A stretch of 64,000 nucleotides of DNA from an uncultured Gemmatimonadales bacterium. GTDB taxonomy: Bacteria; Gemmatimonadota; Gemmatimonadetes; Gemmatimonadales; GWC2-71-9. The position numbers were made by a program, and so were the translations under genes. The notes under the pieces are model-generated. The model saw only the letters and a list, made by a program, of their open reading frames with translations. It did not search any database and had not been told where the DNA came from. The stretch spans positions 11,366-75,365 of the forward strand of contig CAWEMG010000049.1 of the NCBI GenBank assembly GCA_963810165.1, written 5' to 3'. Below, piece by piece: positions 19,916-30,572 of the stretch (its first letter is position 1; the number at the start of each line of letters is the position of its first letter).

Positions 19916-21610
19916 CTAGAAGAAGACCGGCTCGCGATAGCTCCCATAAATCTCCTCGAGCACATGCCGGATCTCGTAGAGCGTGCAGTACGCGCGCGCG
20001 CAATCCAGCATCGCAGGTATGATGTTTTCCTCGCGTTGGGCAGCCTGGCCGAGCGCCTCAAGCCGCTGCGCCACCAGCGCGCTGTCGCGGCGGGCGCGGA
20101 GCGCGGCGATGCGGTCGCGCTGAGTGCGCTCCGCCGCATCGCCGACCTTCAGAATTTCGACCGGGGCTTCTGCTTCCTCCACGAAGTCGTTGACGCCGAC
20201 AATCGTTCGCCGCCCTTGCTCCAGCTCGGCCTGGAACCGCATGGACGAATGCGCGATCTGCCGCTGGAACCAGCCGCCCTCGATCGCCCGCACCACTCCG
20301 CCCTGGGCTTCGATCTCGGCGAACAGTCCCTCCGCCTCCCGCTCCATGGCGTCGGTCAGCGCTTCCAGGTAGTACGAGCCGCCTAGCGGATCGGCGACGT
20401 CCGCCACGCCGGTCTCGTAGGCCAGGATTTGTTGAGTCCGCAGCGCGATGCGGACGGATTCCTCGGTAGGCAAGGCCAGGGTTTCGTCGAACGCGTTGGT
20501 GTGCAGAGACTGGGTGCCGCCCAGCACCGCCGCCATCGCCTGATAGGCCACCCGCGCGACGTTGTTATGCGGCTGCTGCGCGGTGAGCGTCACCCCGGCG
20601 GTCTGGCAGTGGAACCGCATCTTCCAGCTGCGCGGGTCATGGGCGCCGTAGCGTTCGCGCATGTGGCGGGCCCACACCCGGCGTGCGGCCCGCAGCTTGG
20701 CGACCTCCTCGAAAAAGTCGTTATGAATGTCCCAGAAGAAGGAGAGACGGGGCGCGAAGCTGTCCACCGCGAGGCCCCGGGCCAGGCCATGCTCCACGTA
20801 GCAGAAGCCATTGGCCAGCGTGAACGCCAGCTCCTGGGCGGCGGTGGAACCTGCCTCCCTGATGTGATACCCGGAGATGGAGATGGTGTTCCACTTGGGG
20901 GTGTGCTCCGCGGCCCATTCGAACAGGTCTACGATGATTTTCAGCGCGGGCTCAGCCGGAAAGATCCAGGCGTGCTGCGCCATGTACTCCTTGAGGATGT
21001 CGTTCTGGATCGTGCCCTGCAGCTCCGCGATGTTCACGCCCTGGCGCTCGGCCGCCGCGACGTAGAAGCAGAAGAGCATGGCAGCGGGGCCGTTGATCGT
21101 CATCGAGGTGGAGACTTTATCGAGCGGAATCCCGTCGAACAGCGTCTCCATGTCGGCCAGGCTCGAGATTGCCACCCCGCACTTCCCCACTTCGCCCTCC
21201 GAGCGGGGGTGATCCGAGTCGTAGCCCATCAGGGTGGGAAAGTCGAAGGCCACCGAGAGGCCGGTCTGGCCCCGCTCCAGCAGGAACTTGTAGCGCTCGT
21301 TCGTGTCGTCGGCGGTGCCGAAGCCGGCAAACTGCCGCATGGTCCAGAGCCGGCCCCGGTACATCGTGGGGTGGATCCCGCGGGTATAAGGAAACTGTCC
21401 CGGCAGCCCGGTCGAGCTGACCACATCGGGCGAGAGATCGAGCGGGGTATAGACCGGTTCGACCGAGGTGGCGCCCAGATCCTCACGAGTGGGAAGTGCG
21501 CCCGCCTTTGCGCGCCATGCAGTCACCTCGGCTCGCAGCTGGGCCAGCTCCCGCTCCTGCTCCGAGAGTCGAGCCGCGTCGGCGTTTCGGTTGGCACGGC
21601 GTGCCGTCAT
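19916..21610 (-). CDS. Methylmalonyl-CoA mutase, large (catalytic) subunit
   Basis: Intact. FPYTRGIHPTMYRGRLWTMRQFAGFGT, TGLSVAFDFPTLMGYDSD, SMTINGPA, ISISGYHIREAGSTAAQELAF, FHCQTAG. The start ATG 21610 overlaps the MeaB stop (ATATGA). The upstream 81 codons of the track ORF are probably not translated. Confidence 0.93.
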   Translation of the reverse strand: MTARRANRNADAARLSEQERELAQLRAEVTAWRAKAGALPTREDLGATSVEPVYTPLDLSPDVVSSTGLPGQFPYTRGIHPTMYRGRLWTMRQFAGFGTADDTNERYKFLLERGQTGLSVAFDFPTLMGYDSDHPRSEGEVGKCGVAISSLADMETLFDGIPLDKVSTSMTINGPAAMLFCFYVAAAERQGVNIAELQGTIQNDILKEYMAQHAWIFPAEPALKIIVDLFEWAAEHTPKWNTISISGYHIREAGSTAAQELAFTLANGFCYVEHGLARGLAVDSFAPRLSFFWDIHNDFFEEVAKLRAARRVWARHMRERYGAHDPRSWKMRFHCQTAGVTLTAQQPHNNVARVAYQAMAAVLGGTQSLHTNAFDETLALPTEESVRIALRTQQILAYETGVADVADPLGGSYYLEALTDAMEREAEGLFAEIEAQGGVVRAIEGGWFQRQIAHSSMRFQAELEQGRRTIVGVNDFVEEAEAPVEILKVGDAAERTQRDRIAALRARRDSALVAQRLEALGQAAQREENIIPAMLDCARAYCTLYEIRHVLEEIYGSYREPVFF

Positions 21611-22686
21611 ATGCGCGCACCTTGTTTGAGGCCGTCGAGAACTTCCGCCGCCACTTCGTATGGACTCAGCCGCCCCGCGACGACCTGGTCCAGCCGCTGG
21701 TCGATCAGCTGCTCGGCCCGGGTCTCTTCCCAGATCCACTTCCGGGTGGCGCGGTCCACGACTTCGCGCGTGCGATCGGAAAGCCGGCGCCGGCGGCGCT
21801 GCTCCAGCTCGCCCGAGTGGTGAGATGATCGTGGTGGCGGTCGAGTGCGGCAACGAGGTCGGAGACGCCCTCGCCCTTGGCTGCGGTCGTCAGCAACACC
21901 GGATTCTCCCAGGCGCCGTTGTCACCCTGAGGGTCGCGAAGCGCCCGAGGGGGCCGAAACCTCTCTGGTCTTCGATCCCTTCGCGTTTACCTTGACGCCC
22001 TTGCATCCCATGGTGACGCGGGAAAGTTCTTGAACGCATTCCCCCTGCGTATCCCCAGGGTTATCTCGATCTCCTGTCGTAGCTTTTCGGCTCCGGTCCT
22101 ATCTGCCTTGTTCACCACGAAGATGTCGCGCGATCTCCATGATGCCCGACTTCAGCGTCTGGATCCCGTCACCCGATTCCGGCACCAGCACCAGCACCGT
22201 CGAGTCCGCCATCCGGGCAACCGCCAGCTCCGACTGGCCCACGCCCACGGTTTCGACCAGGATACGGTCGAACCCGGCGGCGTCGAGCAGGTCGCACACC
22301 TCGCGCGTGGTGGTGGCCAGGCCCCCCAGCGAGCTGCGGGTGGCCATCGATCGGATGTAGACGCCCTGGTCCAGGGCGACTGATTCCATGCGGATGCGAT
22401 CACCGAGCAGGGCGCCGCCGGTGAATGGGCTGGTGGGATCGACCGCGACCACTGCCACCTTGAGGCCGGCGGCGCGGTAGGCCGTGACGAGGCGTTCGAC
22501 CAGGGTGGACTTCCCGGCCCCGGGCGGGCCGGTAATGCCGATGCGGCGGGCTTTGCCGAGGGAGCGGTGGACTTCGGCCAGGAGCTGCTCGAAGCCGGGC
22601 CGGCCGTTCTCGACCACCGAAATCGCCCGAGCCAGCGCCGCAGTTTTACCGGCAACCAGCTCGGAGATGAGGTGATCGAGGTCCAT
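21607..22686 (-). pseudogene. meaB: Methylmalonyl-CoA mutase-associated GTPase MeaB/ArgK, at least 4 frame breaks
   Basis: ORF 22099-22686 has the P-loop ITGPPGAGKSTL, VDPTSPFTGGALLGDRIRM and ILVETVGVGQSE. The continuation DIFVVNKADR..., then PVLLTTAAKGEGVSDLVAALDRHH, then SGELEQRRRRRLSDRTREVV...EVLDGLKQGARI* lie in other frames between 21607 and 22110. Confidence 0.85.
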
Positions 22687-22872
22687 GGGTGAAAGGTCGC
22701 CAGAGGCAGAGGGTCAGGCAAGCGGGCCGACTAGGGAGAATGCCGGTGATGCAAGCCACTGCAGATTGAGTTGGATCAGTTCTGCTGCGTTAGCTTCTGC
22801 AATCCCAATGAGAGTTTTGCAGGACATCGTCATGCCGATGAGCAGACTCCCTCAAGCCACTGAGAATTCGGG

Positions 22873-23780
22873 ATGACACTCAGGAAGAAGGTGGCACTGG
22901 TGGCGGGGGCAACCCGCGGGGCCGGCCGGGGCATCGCTGTCGAGCTGGGCGCTGCCGGTGCCACGGTCTATGTCACGGGCCGAACCACGCGCACCCAGCA
23001 GTCGGAGTACGCCAGACCGGAGACGATCGAAGAGACCGGCGAGCTGGTCTCATTGGCCGGGGGCACCGGCATCGCCGTGCAGGTGGATCATCTCGTGCCC
23101 GACCAGGTGAGAGATCTCGTCGCCCGCATCCGGTCCGAGCAGGGCCGGCTCGACATCCTGGTCAACGACATCTGGGGCGGAGAGAACCTCAAGGAATGGG
23201 ACCAGCCGGTCTGGAAGCATGACCTTCAGAACGGACTCCGCCTCCTCACGCTCGGCGTGCATACCCATCTCATCACCGCTCACCATGCGCTGCCGCTCCT
23301 GATCGAGCGGCCCGGCGGGCTCCTGGTCGAGGTCAACGACGGCACCGCCGAATACAATGCCGAGCATTACCGGATCAATCCGTTCTACGACCTGGCCAAG
23401 GTCTCGGTGAACCGTATGGCATGGGCCCACGCCAGAGACCTGGCTCCCTACGAGGCGACTTCGGTCGCGCTGACGCCCGGATGGCTGCGGTCCGAGATGA
23501 TGCTGGAGACTTTCGGTGTGACGGAGGACAACTGGCGCGACGCCACCCAACGGGTTCCGCACTTCGTGATCTCGGAGACGCCCCGCTTCGTCGGCCGCGC
23601 CGTGGTCGCGCTTGCGGCCGACCCCGATCGGTCCCGCTGGAACGGACAGTCGCTCTCCAGCGGCGATCTGGCCAGGTCTACGGCTTTACCGATCTCGATG
23701 GCTCGCGCCCTGATGCCTGGCGCTATATGCGGGAGGTGCAGGACCCCGGCAAGCCGGCCGACGCGAGCGGGTACCGATAG
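22873..23780 (+). pseudogene. SDR-family oxidoreductase, one frame break near 23.675 kb
   Basis: VALVAGATRGAGRGIAVELGAAGATVYVTGR (TGxxxGxG-type NAD(P) site). The C-terminus QVYGFTDLDGSRPDAWRYMREVQDPGKPADASGYR* lies in ORF 23421-23780 in a different frame. Confidence 0.75.
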
Positions 23781-23782
23781 GT

Positions 23783-26168
23783 TTACCTCACGATCATGGT
23801 CACTGCTGGCGGAACCTGCAGCAGGCGATTCTTTCTGCCGAGCATGCGGATGCCGGCGGGACTGAGCGCAACCGGTTTGCCGTTCAGGTAATACTTGGCA
23901 CCGGGCACTTCCTTCACCTTGAGGACGAGGCTCCACCCCGCATGCTCCGCCTCGAAGCCATACTCGATCCCCCTGTCTGTCATTGCCCGCGAGAAGGAAA
24001 TGACGATTGGTTCCGATAGGGAGAGCCTCGATGCTCATGTCCTCCCACCCCGTAGGCAGGTGCGGCTCGAAGACCACGGTCTTGTGCAGCGCATCCGGCT
24101 GAATGCCAAAGACATGTTCGATGAGCGGTACTACGATCCCATAGCTGGTCCAGGCAATGGAGAAGCCGCCATAGTCAGGCATCATCTCTGAGATCGAGCC
24201 TGGTAACTTCCGGTTGAACGTCTGCACGATCTTGTCGACATACCACATCGCCTCGTCGGTGCGGCCATAGTTTCCTTCCGCCACCGCCTGGACCCCGGTC
24301 GAGATGGTCATCATCGCCTGTTTCTCGGTGGCCGACAGAAACGGACCGTACTCTCCGACGTTTTCCTTCCTGATCTTGTCGAGGAGCCGCGAGCGCCCGC
24401 TCTCGCGGTGCGATGCCCGCGCTCCATCGGCGTAGCGATGACCCAGTTCCGGTTGGTGGTCCACCCTCTGCTGCTGTCGGGCATGGTGGAGAACTTCTGC
24501 TTCAGCCGCTCATAGTCCTCGCATCAGCTCCCGGTCACGCTCCGTCAACTCGATCTGTCACCCTTGAGTCCGATCTGGGTGACTAGCGCCTTCCGCGGTG
24601 GTCATCGCCTGCGCACCTGGTTCCATAGAAATCGGCGTATGATCCCTCCTCCTCGATCCAGAAGCGCTCGTTGATTTTCGCTTTCAGCTCGGCCGCGAGC
24701 TTCAGATACCGGGCCGATGCGCGTGGCTGGTTGAGAGCACCAGCCGACGCCGACCTGTCGCTTCCAGCGCCTGCTGGGTGTACACCGCCACATCGATCAC
24801 CTCCGCGTTCAAACCCAGGACTTCCATGATCCCATAGCCTGCCGGGAACAGATTCTCGTTCTGGTCCATGTCGGTCAGCAGCCATTTGAGACCCAATGTC
24901 ATGGCTGGATACATCTCCCTCGCAAAATCGAGGTCTCCACGTCCACTCGACCACCTTACCCACCGTAAGGATGAACTGAGCTGTCTCCTGTGTGTTGCCG
25001 GGATTGGACACGGCACCATGGGTGGTTATCTCGTGCAGGATCCGGCCATTCCCATTGGCCTTCATGGACTGGTTCTTCAGTAGGCGCAACGTCTGCTTGG
25101 CGAGCTCGAAATCGCCCGTCGCCACGAACGCCTGCAGGGTGTAGGTCTCGGTGCCGAACCACCAGGGATACTCCATCAGCGCCGCCGCTCACACCCCGGC
25201 CGAGCCCGGGAACGTCCCGCACCATCCACTCGGTATTGATGCGGACCCAGTTGTACACTTCCTGGAGTCGCTGATCGGGAATCGTGATTCGGGCCTTCTC
25301 GATGATGGAGGCGTAGTGCTTCCTTTTCTCCTGCCAGCAGCCGGGCATGATGGGTAGCGAGGTAGCGGTAGGCGCGCAGCGCATCCGATCTGTTGGTCGC
25401 CGATCCCGTAAACGACCAGCGTCAGAGTCGCTGAATCCTGGGGCGCTACCGAAAGCCGATGACGGGAGCCGGCGGTTACCCCGGGTCCCTGGGTCACAAT
25501 CGGTTTCGGGTTCGGCAGAGGCTCGTACCGCTCCGGAACTAGTGCCTCCCCAGACGGCGAACCAGTTGTATCCCTTATCCCTCCCGACGAAGGCCCTGAC
25601 GCTCGGCTCCCATGCTACGCTGTCGTCCGTATCCTGAATCCCGAGCTTTTCGGAGAACCAAACGGGTCTCAGGTCCGTCTTCACCGATACATCGAAATGC
25701 AGATCTCGCCTGCGAGCTGCTGTTGTTCCTGAGGGTGTACTGCACGATCACACCAGGCTGCCCGTCGGGGCTGAACTGGAAGCGCTCGATGTCGAGGTTG
25801 TCGAGAACGGCGCCGTACCGGAACCGATTGCCGTAGGGATAGTTGAGGAACTCGTGGGCTCGCCGACAACGGCCCGCTCCTGGTTGGTCGCCACGTCGGT
25901 GACGCGGACCCAGAAGCCGTCGATCAGCTTGATCGGGTGGACCCAGAGCCCGCCCATTTCGCCAGGCACATGGCCGCCCATGTCCGGGAAATTCCCATCC
26001 TGCGAGCCGATCAGGTACGCCCGGTCCCCGGCAGCGACGTACGGATCGTCCAGGGTTACGTCCCTGGTTGCTGATCCCGGCCATGATGGGGGCGGCGTAG
26101 TCGGCTTGGGACCGCAGCTGGCGGGCGTTTATCAGCAGGAGCAGAAGCACAAGAACGGATCGGATCAC
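23783..26168 (-). pseudogene. Six-hairpin (alpha/alpha)6 glycosidase, glycogen-debranching-enzyme-like, at least 8 frame breaks
   Basis: AAGGAGGG lies 6 nt before GTG 26168, with signal-like [18 protein letters not shown]. Pieces in all three frames: [47 protein letters not shown] / [38 protein letters not shown] / EYPWWFGTETYTLQAFVATGDFELAKQTL...GRILHE / ENLFPAGYGIMEVLGLNAEVIDVAVYTQQALE / GPFLSATEKQAMMTISTG...MMPDYGGFSIAWTSYGIVVP. Confidence 0.65.
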
Positions 26169-26282
26169 GTGATACCCTCCTTGGCGCGGTGGCAGCGGCA
26201 ATCCACAAGGTTGCCCCAGAGGTGGAGAGGTCAACCTTGCGGCCAAATTGGCCCTGACTCACCTTGTTCTGCTGAACCGGAG

Positions 26283-26675
26283 ATGACCATGCCCTCCTCG
26301 AGTCGTTCTAAGGCCGACGCCAAACAGGCTGCAGCGCAGGTGCGGGCCTATTTCGCGGCTTTACCGCCCGGGCCCCGAAGACATCTCAAGCAGCTGCGCG
26401 AGGCGATCCTCGCCGCGGCCCCGGGCGTTGTGGAAGCCTTCAGTTACAGGATCCCCGCCTTTCGATTGGAGGGGAAGCCGCTGGTCTGGTACGCGGGCTT
26501 CAAACAGCACAGCAGCCTCTATCCGATAGGCCCCGCAATCCGCCGCGCCCACGCAAAGGAGCTGGAGGGCTACGAGACCTCGAAGGGCACCATCCGGTTC
26601 CCCCACTCCAAGGCGCCGCCCGCCGGACTGGTCAAGCGACTGGTAAGAGCCCGCATTGCCGAGCTGGACAGGTAG
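26283..26675 (+). CDS. DUF1801 (YdhG-like) domain protein
   Basis: [62 protein letters not shown]...KGTIRFP. Intact. Confidence 0.65.
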   Translation: MTMPSSSRSKADAKQAAAQVRAYFAALPPGPRRHLKQLREAILAAAPGVVEAFSYRIPAFRLEGKPLVWYAGFKQHSSLYPIGPAIRRAHAKELEGYETSKGTIRFPHSKAPPAGLVKRLVRARIAELDR

Positions 26676-26718
26676 CGAAAGCCCGAGGGCTGATAGCCAA
26701 TGCTCTGAGGAATCATAG

Positions 26719-27360
26719 ATGAGCAGACTGCGCTTTAGAATTTCGATATCGCTCGATGGATACACCTCAGGACCCGATCAGAGCGTGGAGAACCCGCTCG
26801 GGATCGGCGGAGAGGGGCTGCATGAGTGGGCCCTCGGCCTGGCCGCATGGCGGGCACCGCACGGGCTCGAGGGCGGCGCCGTGGACCAGAGCACGCCGGT
26901 CTTCGAGGAGCTGCTGAGCAACATCGGGGCGACCATCATGGGCCGGAACATGTTTGGCGGCCATCCCGGTCCCTGGGACTCGAAGAAACCGTGGAACGGC
27001 TGGTGGGGATCCAACCCGCCCTTCCATCACCCGGTCTTCGTCCTCACGCACCATCCTCGTCCCCCGTTGACACTGGAGGGCGGCACGACCTTCACCTTCG
27101 TGACCGACGGCATCAGGAAGGCCTACGAGCTGGCGCGACAAGCCGCAAACGGTCAGGACGTCGCCCTCGCCGGCGGCGCCCACATCGCCCGCGAGTATCT
27201 CAATGCGGGGCTGGTCGACGAGATGCAGCTCCACCTGGCGCCGACCTTGCTCGGCGGCGGTGAGCGCCTGTTCGAAGGCGTCACCGATCTCCACGGCCTG
27301 AGGCCGGTGCGCACCGTCGCCGCGCCCAACGTCACCCACCTGAAGTTCGCCCGGCGCTAA
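26719..27360 (+). CDS. Dihydrofolate-reductase-like (RibD C-terminal domain) family protein
   Basis: ISISLDGY..GPD...IMGRNMF...VFVLTHH...DVALAGGAHIAREYLNAGLVDEMQLHLAPTLLGGGERLF. Intact, 213 aa. Confidence 0.75.
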   Translation: MSRLRFRISISLDGYTSGPDQSVENPLGIGGEGLHEWALGLAAWRAPHGLEGGAVDQSTPVFEELLSNIGATIMGRNMFGGHPGPWDSKKPWNGWWGSNPPFHHPVFVLTHHPRPPLTLEGGTTFTFVTDGIRKAYELARQAANGQDVALAGGAHIAREYLNAGLVDEMQLHLAPTLLGGGERLFEGVTDLHGLRPVRTVAAPNVTHLKFARR

Positions 27361-27367
27361 CCCCGTC

Positions 27368-28273
27368 GTGCGACCGGCTCATGCCGCGCGACTCGCCGCC
27401 TTCAGCGCCGTGGTGCTCTGGGGCATCTCCTTCGTCGCCACCAAGGCCGCGCTCCGGGAGGTCACACCGGTCACGCTGATCTTCAGCCGCTTCGCCATCG
27501 GCGTGGCGGTCCTCATCCTGATTCTCAGCCTCAGACGCGAACCGCTTATTCCGCCGCGAGATGCGTGGCCCATGCTCATGCTGATGGGCTTCGTCGGCAT
27601 CTTCGTCCATCAGATGATCCAGGTCCACGGGCTGGCCCTGACCACCGCCGTCAGGACCGGGTGGCTGATCGGGGTCACGCCGATCTGGTCCGCGCTGCTC
27701 GCGGCTTTCTTTCTGGGAGAGTCGTTCGGCCCACGCAAGATCCTGGGACTCTGCGTCGGCGCCCTCGGAGCGCTGCTCGTGGTGACCCGGGGCGACTTCT
27801 CACCTGAGGTTCTCGCCCTTCCCGCAACCCAGGGTGATCTCCTGGTCCTCGCGACCACCGTGAACTGGGCGATTTATACCATCCTGGGGCGGGACACCCT
27901 CAAACGCGTGGGCAGTGCCAGGACCATCACCGCCGCCATGTTCGCCGGCACCGCCATGCTCCTGCCCTTCTTTGCAATCTCCGCCGGCTGGCAGGAATTC
28001 GGGCGTCTGTCCACCACCAGCGTGATCGCCATCCTGTTTCTCGGCGTGGGGTGCTCCGCGCTGGGCTACCTGTTCTGGTACGCGGCCCTGGAGCGGATCG
28101 ACGCCTCCCAGGTCGCGGCATTCCTTTATATCGAGCCTCTGGTCACCGTGGTCGCGGCAGTGGCGCTGCTGGGCGAGTCGGTGGCGCTGTCCACTCTGGT
28201 TGGCGGCCTCCTGGTCCTGGCCGGCGTCCTTATCGTGCAAACCACCGGAAAAGCTCGGCAGGACGCCGACTGA
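27368..28273 (+). CDS. DMT-superfamily (EamA) transporter
   Basis: 301 aa with ten hydrophobic segments and duplicated EamA pattern (WGISFVATK...; LGYLFWYAALERI). Intact. Confidence 0.85.
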   Translation: MRPAHAARLAAFSAVVLWGISFVATKAALREVTPVTLIFSRFAIGVAVLILILSLRREPLIPPRDAWPMLMLMGFVGIFVHQMIQVHGLALTTAVRTGWLIGVTPIWSALLAAFFLGESFGPRKILGLCVGALGALLVVTRGDFSPEVLALPATQGDLLVLATTVNWAIYTILGRDTLKRVGSARTITAAMFAGTAMLLPFFAISAGWQEFGRLSTTSVIAILFLGVGCSALGYLFWYAALERIDASQVAAFLYIEPLVTVVAAVALLGESVALSTLVGGLLVLAGVLIVQTTGKARQDAD

Positions 28274-28274
28274 A

Positions 28275-28496
28275 ATGATCGAGCGACGGATCGTCGGCTT
28301 TCGCCAGGACGATGAACAGGAGTGGATCGCGGAGCTGGAGTGCGGACATGCGCAACACGTGCGGCACGATCCTCCGTGGCAGGTATTTCCTTGGATTCTC
28401 CACCACGAAGGGCGATCCGAACACATTGGCACCCGGCTGTATTGCAGACTGTGCGATGAAGAGAGAGAGCAGATGGGAGATCATGTGAATCCTTAA
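28275..28496 (+). CDS. DUF3565 domain protein
   Basis: IVGFRQDDEQEWIAELECGHAQHVRHDPPWQVFPWI...GTRLYCRLCD matches the DUF3565 pattern as I remember it. Confidence 0.55.
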   Translation: MIERRIVGFRQDDEQEWIAELECGHAQHVRHDPPWQVFPWILHHEGRSEHIGTRLYCRLCDEEREQMGDHVNP

Positions 28497-28612
28497 AGGC
28501 CGGCTGCGCTTGAATGGGTGTCGGAGGATTACCGTCCGACTGCGGTGGGTGCACATTATGCGGTGCCGTGCCCACGACCGAGGACTACACCCTCAATTGG
28601 GTGCCGTGAGAC

Positions 28613-28801
28613 ATGATAGAATTCCCTCCGGGATTCACCTGTGAGTTCACCATTCGTCGCCTGGAAGGGTACCTCCTGGCAACACTTTCCCTGGGTGAGT
28701 GTCTTGCCATAGCCGAGCACATCGAGGCTTGTGCGAACTGCGCCCAGCGTCTGGTGCTCTTCAGGGCACAGCGTGAAAGGCCGGCACACCGTGGCCGATA
28801 G
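28613..28801 (+). CDS. Short zf-HC2 (anti-sigma-like zinc finger) protein
   Basis: CEFTIRRLEGYLLATLSLGECLAIAEHIEACANCAQRL contains H-x3-C-x2-C. 62 aa. Overlaps the next gene's start region. Confidence 0.4.
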   Translation: MIEFPPGFTCEFTIRRLEGYLLATLSLGECLAIAEHIEACANCAQRLVLFRAQRERPAHRGR

Positions 28802-29378
28802 GGTCGTGGCATTTGCGGGAAGCCTCCGGCGCGGGTCGTTCAATCGCGCCTTGCTTCGGGCCGCTCAAGAGCTCGCACCGGAGGGCATGGAGATCGAACT
28901 GATTGAAATCGGCGAGCTGCCGTTCTATAACGCTGATCTGGAAGCCCAAGGTGATCCGCCCAGTGTCGCAGCCTACAAGGCATCAGTCGGCGGCGCCGAT
29001 GGCGTTATCATCGCGACCCCGGAGTACAACGACGGAATCCCAGGTGTGCTCACCACGGCTATCGACTGGGGCTCGCGCCTTCCGGGCCGAGCACCGCTCA
29101 TGGGAAGGCCAGTGGCGCTCATGGGTGCGTCGCCCAGCCGGATCGGCACCGCGCGAGCCCAGCTCCACCTGCGGCAGCTCCTCTCTCACGTGCATGCCCG
29201 CACTCTCCCCCCGCCCGAGCTACTGATTGCGTCAGCTCACGAAAGTTTCGACAAGAGTCTTCGACTGACCGACGAGAGCACGCGAGACGTACTGGCGAAG
29301 CTGCTCCAGCGGTTCAGTCGCTGGATCGTGCGGGAGCGCGCCGCGGTCGAAGCCGAGCGGCAACAGGCGGTGCAGTAA
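28791..29378 (+). CDS. NAD(P)H-dependent FMN reductase family protein
   Basis: VVAFAGSLRRGSFNRALLRAA...ADGVIIATPEYNDGIPGVLTTAIDW. GTG 28791 is preceded by GAAAGG. The track ORF starts earlier, at 28731. Confidence 0.8.
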   Translation: MADRVVAFAGSLRRGSFNRALLRAAQELAPEGMEIELIEIGELPFYNADLEAQGDPPSVAAYKASVGGADGVIIATPEYNDGIPGVLTTAIDWGSRLPGRAPLMGRPVALMGASPSRIGTARAQLHLRQLLSHVHARTLPPPELLIASAHESFDKSLRLTDESTRDVLAKLLQRFSRWIVRERAAVEAERQQAVQ

Positions 29379-29884
29379 TGCCAGCCCGGTGGCACCTGGC
29401 GCAGGTCAACATCGGCCGCGCTCGCGGAAACATCACCGATCCGGTCATGCAGGGCTTCGTCGCCCGGCTGGACGAGATCAACGCCCTGGCGGAGCGGAGT
29501 CCCGGCTTCGTCTGGCGGTTGCAGACCGAGGACGGCAACGCCACGGCGTTCCGGCCCTACCCCGACGACAACGGCATCCTGATCAACATGTCGGTGTGGA
29601 CCGATCTCGATTCTCTACGGGCGTATGTCTTCCGAACCGTCCACGCCGAGGTGATGCGGCAAAGACGCGAGTGGTTCGAGAAGTTCGAAGGGGTGTACGT
29701 CGCCCTCTGGTGGGTTCCCGCCGGCCACCGTCCATCATTGGAGGAGGCGGTGAGCCGCATCGCCCACCTCGAGTCCCACGGCGCCACGCCGTTCGCCTTC
29801 AGCTTTGCACAGCCGTTCGACGCTGAGGGCCGTGCCATCACTCGCCAGTGGGCGACTCACGGCGACGCCTGCCCGGCGACGTGA
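29378..29884 (+). CDS. DUF3291 domain protein
   Basis: LAQVNIGRARGNITDPVMQGFVARLDEINALAERSPGFVWRLQ...INMSVWTDLDSLRAYVF. Intact. Confidence 0.65.
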   Translation: MPARWHLAQVNIGRARGNITDPVMQGFVARLDEINALAERSPGFVWRLQTEDGNATAFRPYPDDNGILINMSVWTDLDSLRAYVFRTVHAEVMRQRREWFEKFEGVYVALWWVPAGHRPSLEEAVSRIAHLESHGATPFAFSFAQPFDAEGRAITRQWATHGDACPAT

Positions 29885-30572
29885 CGACTCCAGTCGCGCT
29901 GGCCTGGAGCGGCGGCAAGGATAGTAGTCTCGCCCTGGAAGCGCTCAAGGCCGATCCTGCGGTCAGGGTCGTTGCGCTGATCACCACCGTCACCGGCGAC
30001 TACGACCGGATCAGCATGCATGGCGTCCGGCGTGCCGTGCTCGAGGCGCAGGTGGCGGAGCTGGGACTACCGCTGGTCGAAGCGACGATCCCTGCCGCAG
30101 CCAGCAATGCCATCTACGAGGACGCACTGGCTGCCGCACTGGCCCTGTTGCGGCTGGCGCATCCTGATTTGACGCGAGTGGCGTTTGGCGATCTCTTTCT
30201 CGCCGACGTGCGCGACCTATCGCGAGCAGCTGCTGGCGCGGCTCGGCTGGACGCCGGTCTTTCCACTCTGGGGGCAGGATACGGCCGAGCTGGCCCGGCA
30301 CTTCGTGGACGCCGGCTACAAAGCCATCCTGACCTGCGTCGACACGACTCAGCTCGATGCCGGTTTTGCCGGCCGGGAGTTCGACGCCAGCCTGCTGCGC
30401 GATCTGCCGTCAACCGCAGATCCCTGCGGCGAGAACGGCGAGTTCCATACCTGTGTGTACGCCGGACCGATCTTTCCGCGGCCCGCTCGCGCTGGAGCGA
30501 GGAGAGCGGGTCCGGCGGGACGGGCGCTTCGAGTACTGCGACCTGTCTCTTTCCGTGGAAGCTGTTCGCTAG
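29881..30572 (+). pseudogene. Dph6-related ATP pyrophosphatase (PP-loop, MJ0570 family), 2 frame breaks
   Basis: The GTG start overlaps the preceding stop (GTGA). PP-loop ALAWSGGKDSSLAL. The continuation YREQLLARLGWTPVFPLWGQDTAELARHFVDAGYKAILTCVD...GENGEFHTCVYAGPIF (frame of ORF 30185) and the end PLALERGERVRRDGRFEYCDLSL (ORF 30357-30572) are in other frames. Confidence 0.7.
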
